From: Felis catus
Taxonomy: Eukaryota
Assembly: GCF_018350175.1 (NCBI RefSeq)
Contig: NC_058368.1
Location: 189,536,001-189,600,000, forward strand
Direction of reading: 5' to 3'
DNA length: 64,000 nt
Shown here: positions 51,621 through 63,464 of the stretch, one piece after another
Layout: each line of letters begins with the position of its first letter
Numbering within the stretch: position 1 is the stretch's first letter
Position numbers and translations under genes: made by a program
The notes under the pieces: model-generated
The model's input: the letters and a program-made list of their open reading frames with translations, nothing else
What the model was told of the DNA's origin: nothing
Databases searched by the model: none

Positions 51621-54600
51621 AACATAACATGGAGATAGTGACTTTAAAATACCAAATATGAACAAGATGTTGATAGTTTAAGCATTAACCATCTAGAAAC
51701 CACCTAAAAGAAGAAAGTAATACAAGGAAGGACATTATAACCTCTTTTAAATGAGCCCCCCAAACCCACTCTAAAAATATGTTTTGGGAAAAGGGGTAAT
51801 AGTGGTCCTTTCAGTAGGAAGTAGGCTTTATGAATCCTCAGGAAGTGGCAGGAGAGAACTGGGCTTAAGGAAAGGAAAGTTCATGCTGACAAACGGTGGT
51901 TGAGAAATTTGGATGAAATCCTACGTGTGGAAAATGTGTTTCAGTCCCCAAAATGCAACTTCTGTAATGAGTAAAATTCATTATCTTAAACTTTTGGCTA
52001 TGATGTGTAATTGTTAACCTCTACTGCTTTGGTTCAAGGCTCCCTTCAGTAAAATATATTGTTTGCCATCAAAGCTGATGTGGATTAGAAGCTGAGCATG
52101 TGCCCTCCCTTTTAGGTTATATTAATATACCAAAATCGATAACATGCCATAGCTTTCAGAAGTAGTAATAAAATACCTTAAAATATTCCCAGAATATGTC
52201 TATAAATTATTTGTTCAATGTACTTATGTTAAAAAGGTTGTCAGTTACAATGCTCTGGAAAACTCTAAAATTACAAGCCATCGTATTTGTATTTGATAAA
52301 GCTCTTGCTGTTTTGGGTCAGAGAGGGTTATGCTGTGGGGGGAAAAAATCGTTATTTTCCCTAATAAATAAATTACTTGCCTATATTTCATGTATCACTC
52401 AGGCCAGCCAGTATTGAAGGTTTAAATAATAAATAACAAATAGCTCCATTCATTTATTAATAATGATGCATCACGTGTGTGTGGGTGTGTATGTGTGTGT
52501 GATAGTATGTGTGTCTCGAGTACATGAGTTTCCCTTTAGAGCCTTGGGGTGACAGATTGAACAGTAGTCATCTGAAAGGACAAAAAGTCATGCCTCTGAG
52601 ATCATTACCATTTTTCCAGGTTGAGGAAATCATCTAGTGATAACAGACCTTTCCACTCAGTCAGTGCCTAATGTAGAGGACCGTGCTGGGATAAAGTTCT
52701 TGAAAGGCACAGAACCACCCAATGCCTTTAGCCTAAAATTCCTTAAAGGGCTCTCCTAGTATTAACTCTTCTCAATTGGATCACCAAGGCAGAGTTCTAG
52801 GGGAAAAAATAGAGGGAAAAGAAGACAATCAGACTCTCTTCAAAACACTCTCCTTTTATTTAGTAGAAGAAAGGAGGTTAGCCACATCTGCTTCGGGCAG
52901 TTTACATCACCATTAGTCCCAGTTAATTAACTGACCTCACAGATGTAAGTATCAATCTCCACCATATTGTCACAAAGTGACCCTCACGATTCCCTGCGAT
53001 GCTACTCCTTTCATTTGAAACAGACAGAGGCAGGTTGAGCCAGGGTACCCAGTCCCACAAAAAGCCAGCTAAGAAATATATTGCACTACATTCCATTCCC
53101 AAAGGAATACCTGGACCAAGGAAACGACTGGAAACAGCTGGACCTTGCAATGAGTTACTGTTGGCACTAAGCCAAAGCAAAAGCAATCAGCCTTGCGGTG
53201 AATCCTAAAACAGATGGATCCCCTCCGTTTGTCCTTCCCTTCTTCACACACCTAGGGCAAGCACAGGGCTTGGCAGGAGCTCTGGGGACATGCACATATA
53301 TTTAAAAGGACATAAGTCTTAGAACTACTCTTTTAACATAAATTGCATACCTTTTTTCTACATTATTTAGCTCAAGGGCAAAAGATCTTTCACCTCTGAA
53401 AATACATAAGAAAAATCTGGCCTGCTCCAGTGACCTAGCTAATTGGGCCCGAGAATGCTGGGTGGAAGAGTCAAGTTCTGACTACTGTTTGGGGTCTGTT
53501 GCTGATTCCTTTTGCCCCAGGTAAATCGCCTCTCATTCTTTGCTCTCTTCTTTATGTGACCCTCACCACCAAACAGCAACACAGAGCAGGGCACAGCAGG
53601 CTGCCACACCATCATCCTTGTTTAAAGAACAAGGTCAGCTCCTTGCTGTGAACAGATTTTCCTCTGTGGAAACAGGTTCATGTTTATCTTTCAAGTTCCA
53701 GCAACAAACTCAGGGTCGCCAACATGTGCCGCACAGCTGCTGCGGTGCCTGATTTATGAACAAATCTGCATATAATTGTGTTGGTTCTTTTTTTCCCCCT
53801 GGCCTATATTTTTTCTTTAAATAAAATGGCTTAGTCCAGGCTGCAAAAAGCCCCAATTCTAAAGCCATATAATTTTATGGACAAGGGATGGGGGTAGGAG
53901 TAGGGGAGTTCTTTTGTATGGCACCTGAACTCATTAAAATCCTAAATTCCATAATTTTACACTACCATGTGCCACAACTGAACAGCCTAATTGCTTACCG
54001 TCTTTATGAGAACCACAAATGGGGCAAGAAAACCAGGGAACAGGTGGGAAGGCCACACTGGGGTTTGGGTCCAAGCCCTGTCAAGAGGTGGTGACCAGAC
54101 TAGAACTGGATGATTTTGTATAGTAAGAGACTTTACTCTTTACAGAGGCCTGAATTTAGCCAAGTCAGTGGTGGTGTGAGGTATGTGTCAAAATTAAGAA
54201 ATTCCCAAAATTAGACATCTCCTTATAGTGACCACACAGTTGGGGTTTTTAAAGAAAGAGAACTACAGGATAGGTAAGAATCAATGGCTAATAATATTAT
54301 CACTGCAGGTTCCTGGACACAAATAAAGACTGGATCTTACAATTTAGAAACAAAATGATTTGGACTTCAAGAAATCAAGCTCCTTCCCTGGCCCCTCATG
54401 ACAGGATATGGTGATGTGGAAGTTATGGATATGAAAATTCTTTAGCATCTGTTCTGTAGATAGTAAAAGCAACTGATGGGCTAGAATGACTGGTATATTC
54501 GGCATCTTGGTTGATCACTTTGCTTTCCTCACAAAGGAAACTAGTCCCTTTGAAGAGAATATTATAGTTTGGGGATTGTGGAAAAGGGCCCAGAAATGTA

Positions 54601-54905
54601 AAATTAGGAAGAAATTTTCAGCATTTTCTTATCTGCCAATTGATAGCAAAGAGCAGGCCACCCAAGTTTCAATTGTCACACCCCATTCTAAAGACTGGAC
54701 AAGCAAGCTTATTTTCTTAGCTTAAAATGAAGGAAAAATTCAACATATTTCCAAAATTCAGTACTTCTTTGAAGCCTCTAAAAGCTTCACCTCTGAAAAT
54801 TAAGAGTGCTAGTGTTAGACTAGCAGCCTAGGTAACCATGAGATATGAGAAAGCAAGTTGATGAGATCCAGAAATGTACTAAATTGAAAGAGGTTAGAAG
54901 ATGAC

Positions 54906-54933
54906 AAAAAAAAAAAAAAAAAAAAAAAAAAAA
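54906..54933 (+). repeat. A28 homopolymer
   Basis: Direct read. Confidence 0.95.
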
Positions 54934-55054
54934 CCAGGGAAATTGACAAGTCCATAGAGGTTAGCAGTGGAAACTACAGTGAAGACTTTTTCAGAACCTG
55001 AGAAAAAAGTCTAATATGAATAAAGTAAGCATTAATGGTAAATGAAGGGTTCAA

Positions 55055-55090
55055 TGGATGGATGGATGGATGGATGGATGGATGGATGGA
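55055..55090. repeat. (TGGA)n microsatellite
   Basis: Direct read. Confidence 0.9.
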
Positions 55091-55824
55091 AAGATAATGA
55101 GTTAAGAAGAAAACTGCTGATGAGATACCATCTCAAAAAGGAGAGTCCTAGAGGTGAGAGTGGAAAAGGAGTAGCCATGGGAATCCTGATGATGATCACA
55201 ATCAGAAGTTGTTGAGAACACTGCTAGTGAATGCTGTCACCTAACTAAGAGATTGAGACACCTTACCAGAGATCTAGTAAGGCCTAGAATTAGGGGTAAG
55301 CTCTTACTCTCCAAGGAAACTTTCAGAGTGAGCTCCCAGGTCTAGCCAAAGCTCTGGCCACTCAGAGATATTTCCATAAGCAATGCCAACTTCTTCAGAA
55401 ATGTGCAGAAAGATCTTCTCTCTAAATAAGAGGGACAGAATGTTTCAGGCTAATCCTCTGCAGAGGCCTAGGATCTCACACCAAGAACATAGTGTTTTGC
55501 ATTAGGAATTCACTGAGACAAAGTGAGGTCAGATGGATGTCTGGTGTGCCAGGGAGTCTGTGGGGGTACAGAGATCTCTTATTTAAGCACACTGATTAGA
55601 AAGTAAGACTGATACAGGAGAAGAAACATTAGACAGGGAGTCCTGCTTCTAGCTTTGCTAATTCCAAAATTAGGCCAAAACTACGAAGTAGGACAATTCT
55701 TTTTGTTCACTTTCCTTCCACACCCCTCTCTTTCTCTTTCCTTCATTGCTCTCAGAATCTGTTTCCAGGTACTTGTCCTCACAAAACATCCCAGACATTC
55801 CTCACCATTGACCAGTTCAAAACT

Positions 55825-55975
55825 ATGTAAGAACTTATTTACCATTAAGCATTTTGCATTCATTGCTTCATCCAACCTTAATGACAACCTGGTAAGGTAG
55901 ATACCATAATTATTCCCATTTAGCAAATAAAGAAACTGAGGCTCAGCAAAATCATATGATTTGATTAAAGGTAAC
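55825..55975 (-). mobile_element. MIR
   Basis: acaacctggtaaggtag...attattcccattt...aagaaactgaggctcag. Confidence 0.7.
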
Positions 55976-56784
55976 CTTGTCAATGTTGATGTTTCACATC
56001 TGGTCACCTGCCTTCCCTACTTGTCCTTTGTTCTTATGGATCTCCTCGCTCCTAAAAGCTGTGACTTTTTTTCAGACTACAAGGTTTTTGTTCACCCAGG
56101 AATGACTCATGGCTTGTTATAGTCTGCATAATGGTAATGACTATGAAAGCATTTCATAAACCATAATAGCGTGTGTGTCTGTGTCTGTGTGTTGCATCCA
56201 TTTCTGCTTCTGTTTGGTTTCTGACTTTGCCTTTCTCCTGGATGCATTCACCTGAAATTCAGAGTCCCCAACCAGAGTAATGCCCACCTCCTAGGCTAGT
56301 CTTCATACATCTGCAGTATGCCTGAGTGTTCCCAATTCTAGTTCCTTTCAAATTTGGAAATGACCTGGGGTCATTTCTGTGCTAGACCTAGTGGCAAGGT
56401 GCTGGCTTGCTGATTGAAATTCTTTATGAAGCATCCTCTTTCCTAGCATTCTATGGCTGTCTCATATGTCCCTATGTCCTTTGCACTGATTTGCACTGCC
56501 CTTTAAATTGTCCCTATGTACCCTTTTAAAAAGCTTGAAATAGCCTTTCCTATCATATGTTTATATCGCCAACAAAAAAATTCTATTGTGTCCAAGGAAA
56601 ATGGACACATAATCATAGCTAATACTACTTGAGCATTTACTATATTCCCAGCACAGGGCTAAGCATCCCACATACATTATCTCATTTACCCTCATAATAT
56701 CTCTGTGAGATATATAGAATTGTTATCTCCATTTAATGGATGGCAGAACCAAACAAAGAATGTACCTAAAATCACACACAACTA

Positions 56785-57004
56785 GGGGCACCTGGGTGGC
56801 TCAGTTTGTTAAGCGGCTGACTTCGGCTCGGGTCATGGTCTTATGGCTCATGAGCTCAAGCCCCGTGTCGGCTATGTACTGACAGCTCAGAGCCTAGAGG
56901 CTGCTTCAGAGTCTGTGTCTCCCTCTCTCTCTCCCCCTCCCTCCCTCTCAAAAATAAATAAACATTAAAAAAATGTAATAAAAAATAAATAAAATAAAAT
57001 AAAA
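56785..57004 (+). mobile_element. Can-SINE
   Basis: ggggcacctgggtggctcag...; TSD aaaat(c/a)acacacaacta at 56768-56784 and 57001-57017. Confidence 0.95.
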
Positions 57005-57033
57005 TAACACACAACTAAGATGCCAAGCAAAGG

Positions 57034-57262
57034 TTTTTTTTTTTTTTAATTTTTTTTTTAACGTTTATTTATTTTTGAGACAGAGACAGACAGAGCATGA
57101 ACGGGGGAGGATCAGAGAGAGAGGGAGACACAGAATCTGAAACAGGCTCCAGGCTCTGAGCCATCAGCACAGAGCCCGACGCGGGGCTGGAACTCACAGA
57201 CCATGAGATAATGACCTGAGCGGAAGTTGGACGCTCAACCGACTGAGCCACCCAGGCGCCCC
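57034..57262 (-). mobile_element. Can-SINE (young, SINEC_Fc2-like)
   Basis: CpG-rich antisense copy; perfect TSD ccaagcaaaggttt at 57023-57036 and 57264-57277. Confidence 0.97.
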
Positions 57263-57344
57263 TCCAAGCAAAGGTTTAAATTGGATCTCATGTGTGTCTC
57301 CAATGCCATATGCTCTTAATTAGTTAATACAAGAGATACTTTTG

Positions 57345-57536
57345 TTATTGTTGTTTTTGTTTTTTGAGAAAGAGAGAGAGAACACAAGTGGGGGAGGGAC
57401 AGAGAGAGAAGGTAAGAGCGAATCTCTGTGCTGACAGTGAGGGGGACCCACCCAGGGCTTGATCTCACAAACCTTGAGATCATGACCTGACCTGAAATCA
57501 AGAGTTGGATGCTTACTGACTGCCACCCAGGCACCC
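57345..57536 (-). mobile_element. Can-SINE (older)
   Basis: gatcatgacctgacctgaaatcaagagttggatgctta...cacccaggcaccc. Confidence 0.9.
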
Positions 57537-58218
57537 TAAGATAATTTGTTTTTATTCTTTGAAATGAATGAAGGCTTTCCAACTCCAGATTCACCAGAAG
57601 TCTCCTGGCTCCCAGATCAAGCATATTCCCAGAGGGGAACTACACATAGGACATCTTGTGCCTACACTTTGTGTCAACTGGCAACTTGGTTCAAGGTCCC
57701 GTGAAACCACTGTTTTCTGGTCACCAATCCATGAATGTTGACACACAGCTACTGTCAGAGATTAGACAGCAAGAAAACTTGTTAATACAACTCAAAGAAA
57801 AGAACCAAATGCAAGTGGATCTCCCACATAAAGGAGAAGACACATTGTAGGTTGTTTTTGTTTGTTTGTTTGTTTATTAGTCAATAGGACTCATCTGCTT
57901 TCTGGATATCGGAACCCAATATTTAGAAGCCGGAGTGTCCCATTCTAGACTCCATTTCAGTACTCCTTCTGCCCATCAGTTTACTCCTTAAGTGGCAGAG
58001 TATTTTAATAAACCCATTCATGTCACAGAAACAATATACAGTATCTGCATCTAACAGTGTTTGCTTCACTTCAACTGACACTTGAGCAAGTGTTCTGAAG
58101 TCTGACATCTTAGGTTAAACCCCTGCTTCATCAACTTTTTAAATCTCCCTAAGCCTTAGCTTCCTTAGCTGTCATGAGTATCCAATGAAATAACACATAT
58201 AAATTACACTCAGATGCT

Positions 58219-58282
58219 AAACTAAACCAAACCAAAAATAAGAATAAACCAAGAATAAACCAAACCAAGAATAAGTAAATCA
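58219..58282. repeat. Degenerate AAACC/AAGAAT short tandem repeat
   Basis: aaactaaaccaaaccaaaaataagaataaaccaagaataaaccaaaccaagaataag. Confidence 0.7.
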
Positions 58283-60424
58283 AGGCAATGAGAAGGCCAA
58301 AGTGATGCTGGGTAGCAAAGCTGTACTTCTCTAATTTTTCTGCCACAGCCAAAGGGAAATTAAAGGGCAGAGAAGAAATAAAGCTCATCTTTTCCTAGCC
58401 CTTCTAAATGGCGTTAGGACTCAAAATGGAGTTTCTGTGAAGGGTTGGCATGTCTATCTCCTTGTCCCTACAGGTCAGTGAAGCATAAGCCCTTCAGGCA
58501 AGGAGGGAAGTGTTTCAGCCATGGTCAAGAGCCAGGTCTTATTAACCAAATTCCTCCCTCTTTTAGAGAAGGGAGCTCAGGAAGGAAATGAATAAGTAAA
58601 CAGGAAGGGACGGGGTAGTATGAGTTAGTGGAGAGTGTGAAAATTCTGATGTGTTTTCAACAGAAAGCCAATCTTTCAGCTATACATACCAGACATCATT
58701 GTCTTGGATGTGAGTTAGGACAATCGTGTTGTATAAAATAAACAAGGGGAACAAACAAATCCAGAGCTATGAAACATCCTCTTCTGGAGTCCACGAACAT
58801 CTCCCATTGCCAGTTCGGCAGTGGCAGAAATCAGCATTTCACCGTTTAAGAGCCCATGAAACCTCCAAGTAAGAACAACTCGTTTCCTGGCTCTCTTTAT
58901 TACAATTCCTTCGAATTTAAAATTTATAATGAATGCGAACAATAATCAGTTTGTAAATACTGTTTTTAAGTTCACTAGAGCTTTGCCGAGATATTCCTTC
59001 TAGGTAACAAGTATGTGGCTCATTACTCTCTCATTAGCAAGATAGAAATAAAGATGCAAAAAAAAAAAAAAAAGGGAAGAAAGAAAAGGGAAAAAACACC
59101 CACTCCAAAGATACTGTTGAAGTCTAATTGCCTGCATGGAATTCTTAATAATGTTTACTAATGCCTTTTCAGCCTTGCCAATTTTAATGCTCATTCCAGA
59201 TTCCAGGTGTGACGTCTGTGGTCCCTGCTGTGATCTTAGCAAGTGAGTTTAGACACCTAGAATAGCAGCTTTGGAGAGTTTTTAGCCCCATCTTATGTCC
59301 CCAGAATGCAATCACACCCAATGGGGCTTTAAAAAGGAAATCTCAAGCAAGCTCTGGCGTTTTTATTTAAAATTAAATCTCTAATTGGACAAGGCCTGCC
59401 CTTTACCTAGATAAGACACGATGACATCTCAGCCAGTCTCATAGAGGGCAGAGCTCCAAGAGTGAACCTTGTACTAGCCATTGCAAGTGGCTAAGCATTT
59501 CCCCCCCCTTATCTCCTAGAAACTCTGGGCATGGTAGATTATACTCTTTAGACACATAGATCCTTTGTAATCTCATTTGGCATTCTGGAAGTCAAAAATC
59601 AAATGGAAAATATTCTACAGAGATGAAGAGTTATAGCAAAGATTAGCTTCTTGAATCTCACCGCTGTTAAAGCAAAGAATAACAAGAGGACTTTCAGTAA
59701 GAAACTATAGTAGTTTGGGGTGGGGTGGTGTTGGGGGAAGCAAGGCCTATTGGTTTGTGGGTTTTTTTATTCTAAACAACAAGTGAGTTATTTAGGAATA
59801 AAATTTAGGAAATAATTCATTGACCCTTGCAAGAAGAACTTTGCATGTGAAGAAACTAAGGCAGGGAATTTTTAAGTTCACTGCAGTTTGGATCATATCC
59901 ACTGGAGGTTTATCCTCACGATTCCATCCCGGCCACCTTTCTGCCTCTTTCTCCTGTCCTCTAAGAAGTTGAAATGGACTTCCTAAGTCCATAGGACCAG
60001 GCTGAGTGTGAGGCTTTCATTTTGGGGGCTAATTTGGGGATGCAAATTTAAAAGGAACTTACTCCATTTCCTTTATGCCGGTGAGCCTTTCTCTTACAGT
60101 TTTATAGTGAGAAACGAAGGAGGAGAGGAGAAAGCAAGTCCTAACTCCATCAAAATTCCTTGTAATTCTACTGTTTAAAGAAAAACTTTTGGAACTGACA
60201 TTTGCAGGAGTCTGCTGTTGATTACAGGGGGGGAACTAAGCAGAGAACTGTGAATAAGGTCCTGCAACCAGGCTCATAAAACAAGATTGAAAAAGTTATA
60301 AAAAGCCATAATATCAAAACCATCATGCAAAAAATCGGACATTGTGCCCAGATATAGAATCCATTCCTCAAGCAGGCCAAAGCCTCCAAAGGGCAAGCAA
60401 AAGCCTTTTCAGCCCAGGATGGTG

Positions 60425-60770
60425 AAACAGACTTGGGCTAAGGTTCTGCCATCAACTAGCTGTGTGATCCTCAGCCAGGTGTTCAACCTCTCTGAGCTTC
60501 AGTTTTAGGATCTATAAAATGAACAGGTTTAACTTGAAACCAGGTGAATTCTGCTGCTCACGTTTGAACCCTGGCTCTGCTACTACTTAGCTGTGTAACC
60601 TTATGCAAGTTATTTAACCAGGGTGTGCCTCAGTTTCCTAACTTGTGAACTAGGAATAACTATACTACTTCCCTCACAAGGCTGTTGTGAGGATTAAAGG
60701 AAAAATAATATAGGTAAAGGGCCTATAATGGTGCCCGGAATGCAACAATCAATAGACACTGGGTGCTGCT
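60425..60770 (+). mobile_element. Two tandem MIR fragments
   Basis: actagctgtgtgatcc...ctctgagcttcagttt; tttgaaccctggctctgc...gcctcagtttcc...gttgtgaggattaaa. Confidence 0.8.
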
Positions 60771-61109
60771 GCTACTAAATGTTGTAAAATGGCTGCAACT
60801 CATTGAAACTAACAGATGCAAGAAGGACAAAGCAGTAATCTAAGCTGACTTAGGGTGAAAAGCTTCTGATTTCCTGATGAGTTGGCCTCACCACTAACTG
60901 ACTCTTCCAGAGACTCAGAAATGCTGATCCCTACCTCCACGAAGAGGCATTTTTACCTGCTCCTCTTCCAAAACACATCTGCAGATGCTAACGTTTGTTT
61001 TTTTTAAGACTATAAGTTTTTTTATTTAAGAAATTTTACCTGTGATTCCTTCCACTCCCAATCACCACAGTTGCTCCAAAGTCGGAATCATAACCTTCAA
61101 AATAGCCCT

Positions 61110-61323
61110 TTTATTTTTTTAAAGTTTATTTATTTGTGAAGGAGAGAGAGACAGAGCGTGAGCAGGGGAGAGGCAGAGAGAGAGGGAGACACAGAATCCC
61201 AGTCAGGCTCCAGGCTCCAACCTGTCAGCACAAAGCCTGATACCGGGCTTGAACTCACGAATGGTGAGATCATGATCTGAGCCAAAGTCAGACACCCAAA
61301 CGCCTGAGACACCCAGGTGCCCC
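61110..61323 (-). mobile_element. Can-SINE
   Basis: Antisense copy; degenerate TSD aaaatagccctttta / aaaacagtcctttta. Confidence 0.93.
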
Positions 61324-61352
61324 TAAAACAGTCCTTTTAAAACGAACTTTCA

Positions 61353-61545
61353 GGGAACCTGGGTGACACAGTTGGTTAAGCATCCAACTGTAGATTTTGG
61401 CTCAGGTCATGATCCCAGTTAGTGAGTTCAAGCCCTGTATCAGGCTCTGTGCAGACATCATGGAGCCTGCTTGGGATTCCCTGTCTCCCTCTCTCTCTGC
61501 CTCTCTTTCACCCTGCCTCTTTCTCAAAAATAAATAAACACACAA
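61353..61545 (+). mobile_element. Can-SINE
   Basis: gggaacctgggtgacacagttggttaagcatcc...gagttcaagccc...aaaaataaataaac. Confidence 0.92.
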
Positions 61546-61667
61546 ACAATTTTTTGAAAAGAAGAACTTGTGTTCAATCCAGTTGTCACTATCAGTCCAG
61601 AGTTCTTTTGGTTGGGCTTCTTTGATCACCACTTGAATATGGACATACTTCAAAATTCCCCACCTGT

Positions 61668-61905
61668 GGGAATGCAAGCTGGTGCAGCCACTCTGGAAAA
61701 CAGTATGGAGGTTCCTCAAAAAACTAAAAATAGAACTACCCTACAACCGAGCAATTGCACTACTAGACATTTATCCACGGGATACAGGTGTGCTGTTTCG
61801 AAGGGACACATGCAACCCCATGTTTATAGCGGCACTATCAACGATAGCCAAAGTACGGAAAGAGCCCAAATGTCCGTCGATGGATGAATGGATAAAGAAA
61901 ATGTG

Positions 61906-61936
<31 letters not shown>

Positions 61937-62322
61937 GGAGTGTTACTCGGCAATCAAAAAGAATGAAATCTTGCCATTTGCAACTACATGGATGGAACTG
62001 GAGGAAATTTTGCTAAGTGAAATTAGTCAGTCAGAGAAAGACAAAAACCATATGACTTCACTCATATGAGGACTTTAAGAGACAAAACAGATGAACATAA
62101 GGGAAGGGAAACAAAAACAATATAAAAACAGGGAGGGGGACAAAACAGAAGAGACTCATAAATATGGAGAACAAACTGAGGGTTACTGGAGGGGTTGTGG
62201 GAGGGGGGATGGACTAAATGGGTAAGGGGCATTAAGGGATCTACTCCTGAAATCATTGTTTCACTATATGCTAACTAATTTGGATGTAAATTTTAAAAAC
62301 TTAAAAATAAAATAAAAAAAAA
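61668..62322 (+). mobile_element. 5'-truncated felid L1 (ORF2 C-terminus, 3' UTR and tail)
   Basis: QPLWKTVWRFLKKLKIELPY...TCNPMFIAALSTIAK...PKCPSMDEWIKKMW is the L1 ORF2p C-terminus. The 3' UTR ends cactatatgctaactaatttggatgtaaatttt followed by an A-rich tail. Confidence 0.97.
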
Positions 62323-62677
62323 TTTTTGAAGGTGAAAAAAACTATATAAATCTTTCCAACAAACCTACAAAGTAAGCATATAATTACTCACTTTAAAATT
62401 AAAGAGAGGCATGGGGCGCCTGGGTGGCGCAGTCGGTTAAGCGTCCGACTTCAGCCAGGTCACGATCTCACGGTCCGTGGGTTCGAGCCCCGCGTCGGGC
62501 TCTGGGCTGATGGCTCAGAGCCTGGAGCCTGTTTCCGATTCTGTGTCTCCCTCTCTCTCTGCCCCTCCCCCGTTCATGCTCTGTCTCGCTCTGTCCCAAA
62601 AATAAATAAAAAACGTTGAAAAAAAAATTTTAAAAAATAAAAATAAAGAGGGGCAGAAAGAATCTAAAAAAAAAAAA
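62323..62677 (+). other. L1 3'-transduced segment with a second poly(A)
   Basis: Lies between the L1 tail and the 3' copy of the perfect TSD AAAATTCCCCACCTGT (61652-61667 and 62678-62693). AATAAA at 62642-62647 precedes an A-run starting at 62666. Confidence 0.85.
62413..62643 (+). mobile_element. Young Can-SINE (SINEC_Fc-like)
   Basis: Intact A box TGGCGCAGTCGG and B box GTTCGAGCC, many CpGs; TSD taaagag(a/g)ggca. Confidence 0.97.
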
Positions 62678-63234
62678 AAAATTCCCCACCTGTAATCTTT
62701 GGGATCCAATTCCTTTACTTTAAGGCCATATTTAGGGTCAGAGTAGATGAATCTCCCCGGTTTTTAATGTCAGACGCCCTGTAAACATGAATGAGTTCAA
62801 ATCATATTCACCCCTAAACTATCACACCCAAGAACTATACAGATTGTTGGAACACCCCAATACCTAAGATTTAAAAAATCTGACTATTAGATCTTTCTCA
62901 GAGTGTCAGCAGATAGATGTCTTGTAGTTCTTTCCCACAGATCTAACACATAGTTCTGTGAGTAAAGGAAACCACACATCCTCTAGGAGGCGTTTCCAAT
63001 GATGTAGGTTTACAGAAAAAGCCCCCTCAGGATAGACCTCAACCAAAGTTTAAATTCCAGGTTCCCAAACCACACTTGGCAAACACCAATTCCTGTCCTG
63101 GTATAGCTGCCCTCAAAGGCTTTCTGCATGCTCCTTTCATAGAGAAATGTCTAATTCTAAGCTGGCTTTTTCAATTCATTAGCTATATGCCCTTGACCAA
63201 TTCATTCCATTTCTTGACCAATTTCTTTTTCTGG

Positions 63235-63238
<4 letters not shown>

Positions 63239-63279
<41 letters not shown>
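63239..63279. repeat. (AC)~20 microsatellite
   Basis: Direct read. Confidence 0.95.
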
Positions 63280-63281
<2 letters not shown>

Positions 63282-63339
63282 ATAACATCAGTATCTTGCA
63301 TGGCTTTAGAGATGAGCAAATAAGGTAATTAAATGCTCA

Positions 63340-63455
63340 CAACTACCATTTATTGAGCCACTACTAGGTACTAGGCTCTGTACTAGAGATTTTACATATG
63401 TTATTTCAGTTAAATAATCCTCACAACAATCCTAAAAGGCAAGAATTAAATAGCC
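63340..63455 (-). mobile_element. MIR fragment
   Basis: accatttattgagccactacta...aatcctcacaacaatcct. Confidence 0.65.
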
Positions 63456-63464
63456 CTGTCACTT

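Larger units (their letters stand above)
56615..57320 (-). mobile_element. MIR split by two Can-SINE insertions
   Basis: gagcatttactatattcccagcac...cattatctcattt...cctaaaatcacacacaacta[SINE]agatgccaagcaaaggttt[SINE]aaattggatct...tgctcttaa. Confidence 0.65.

Noticed and set aside
52888..52908. TGCTTCGGGCAG resembling the U6 5' end
   Set aside because: The match is only about 12 nt and does not extend.
61570..61966. ORFs as a host gene
   Set aside because: They are the L1 ORF2 C-terminus and an alternative frame of a truncated L1.
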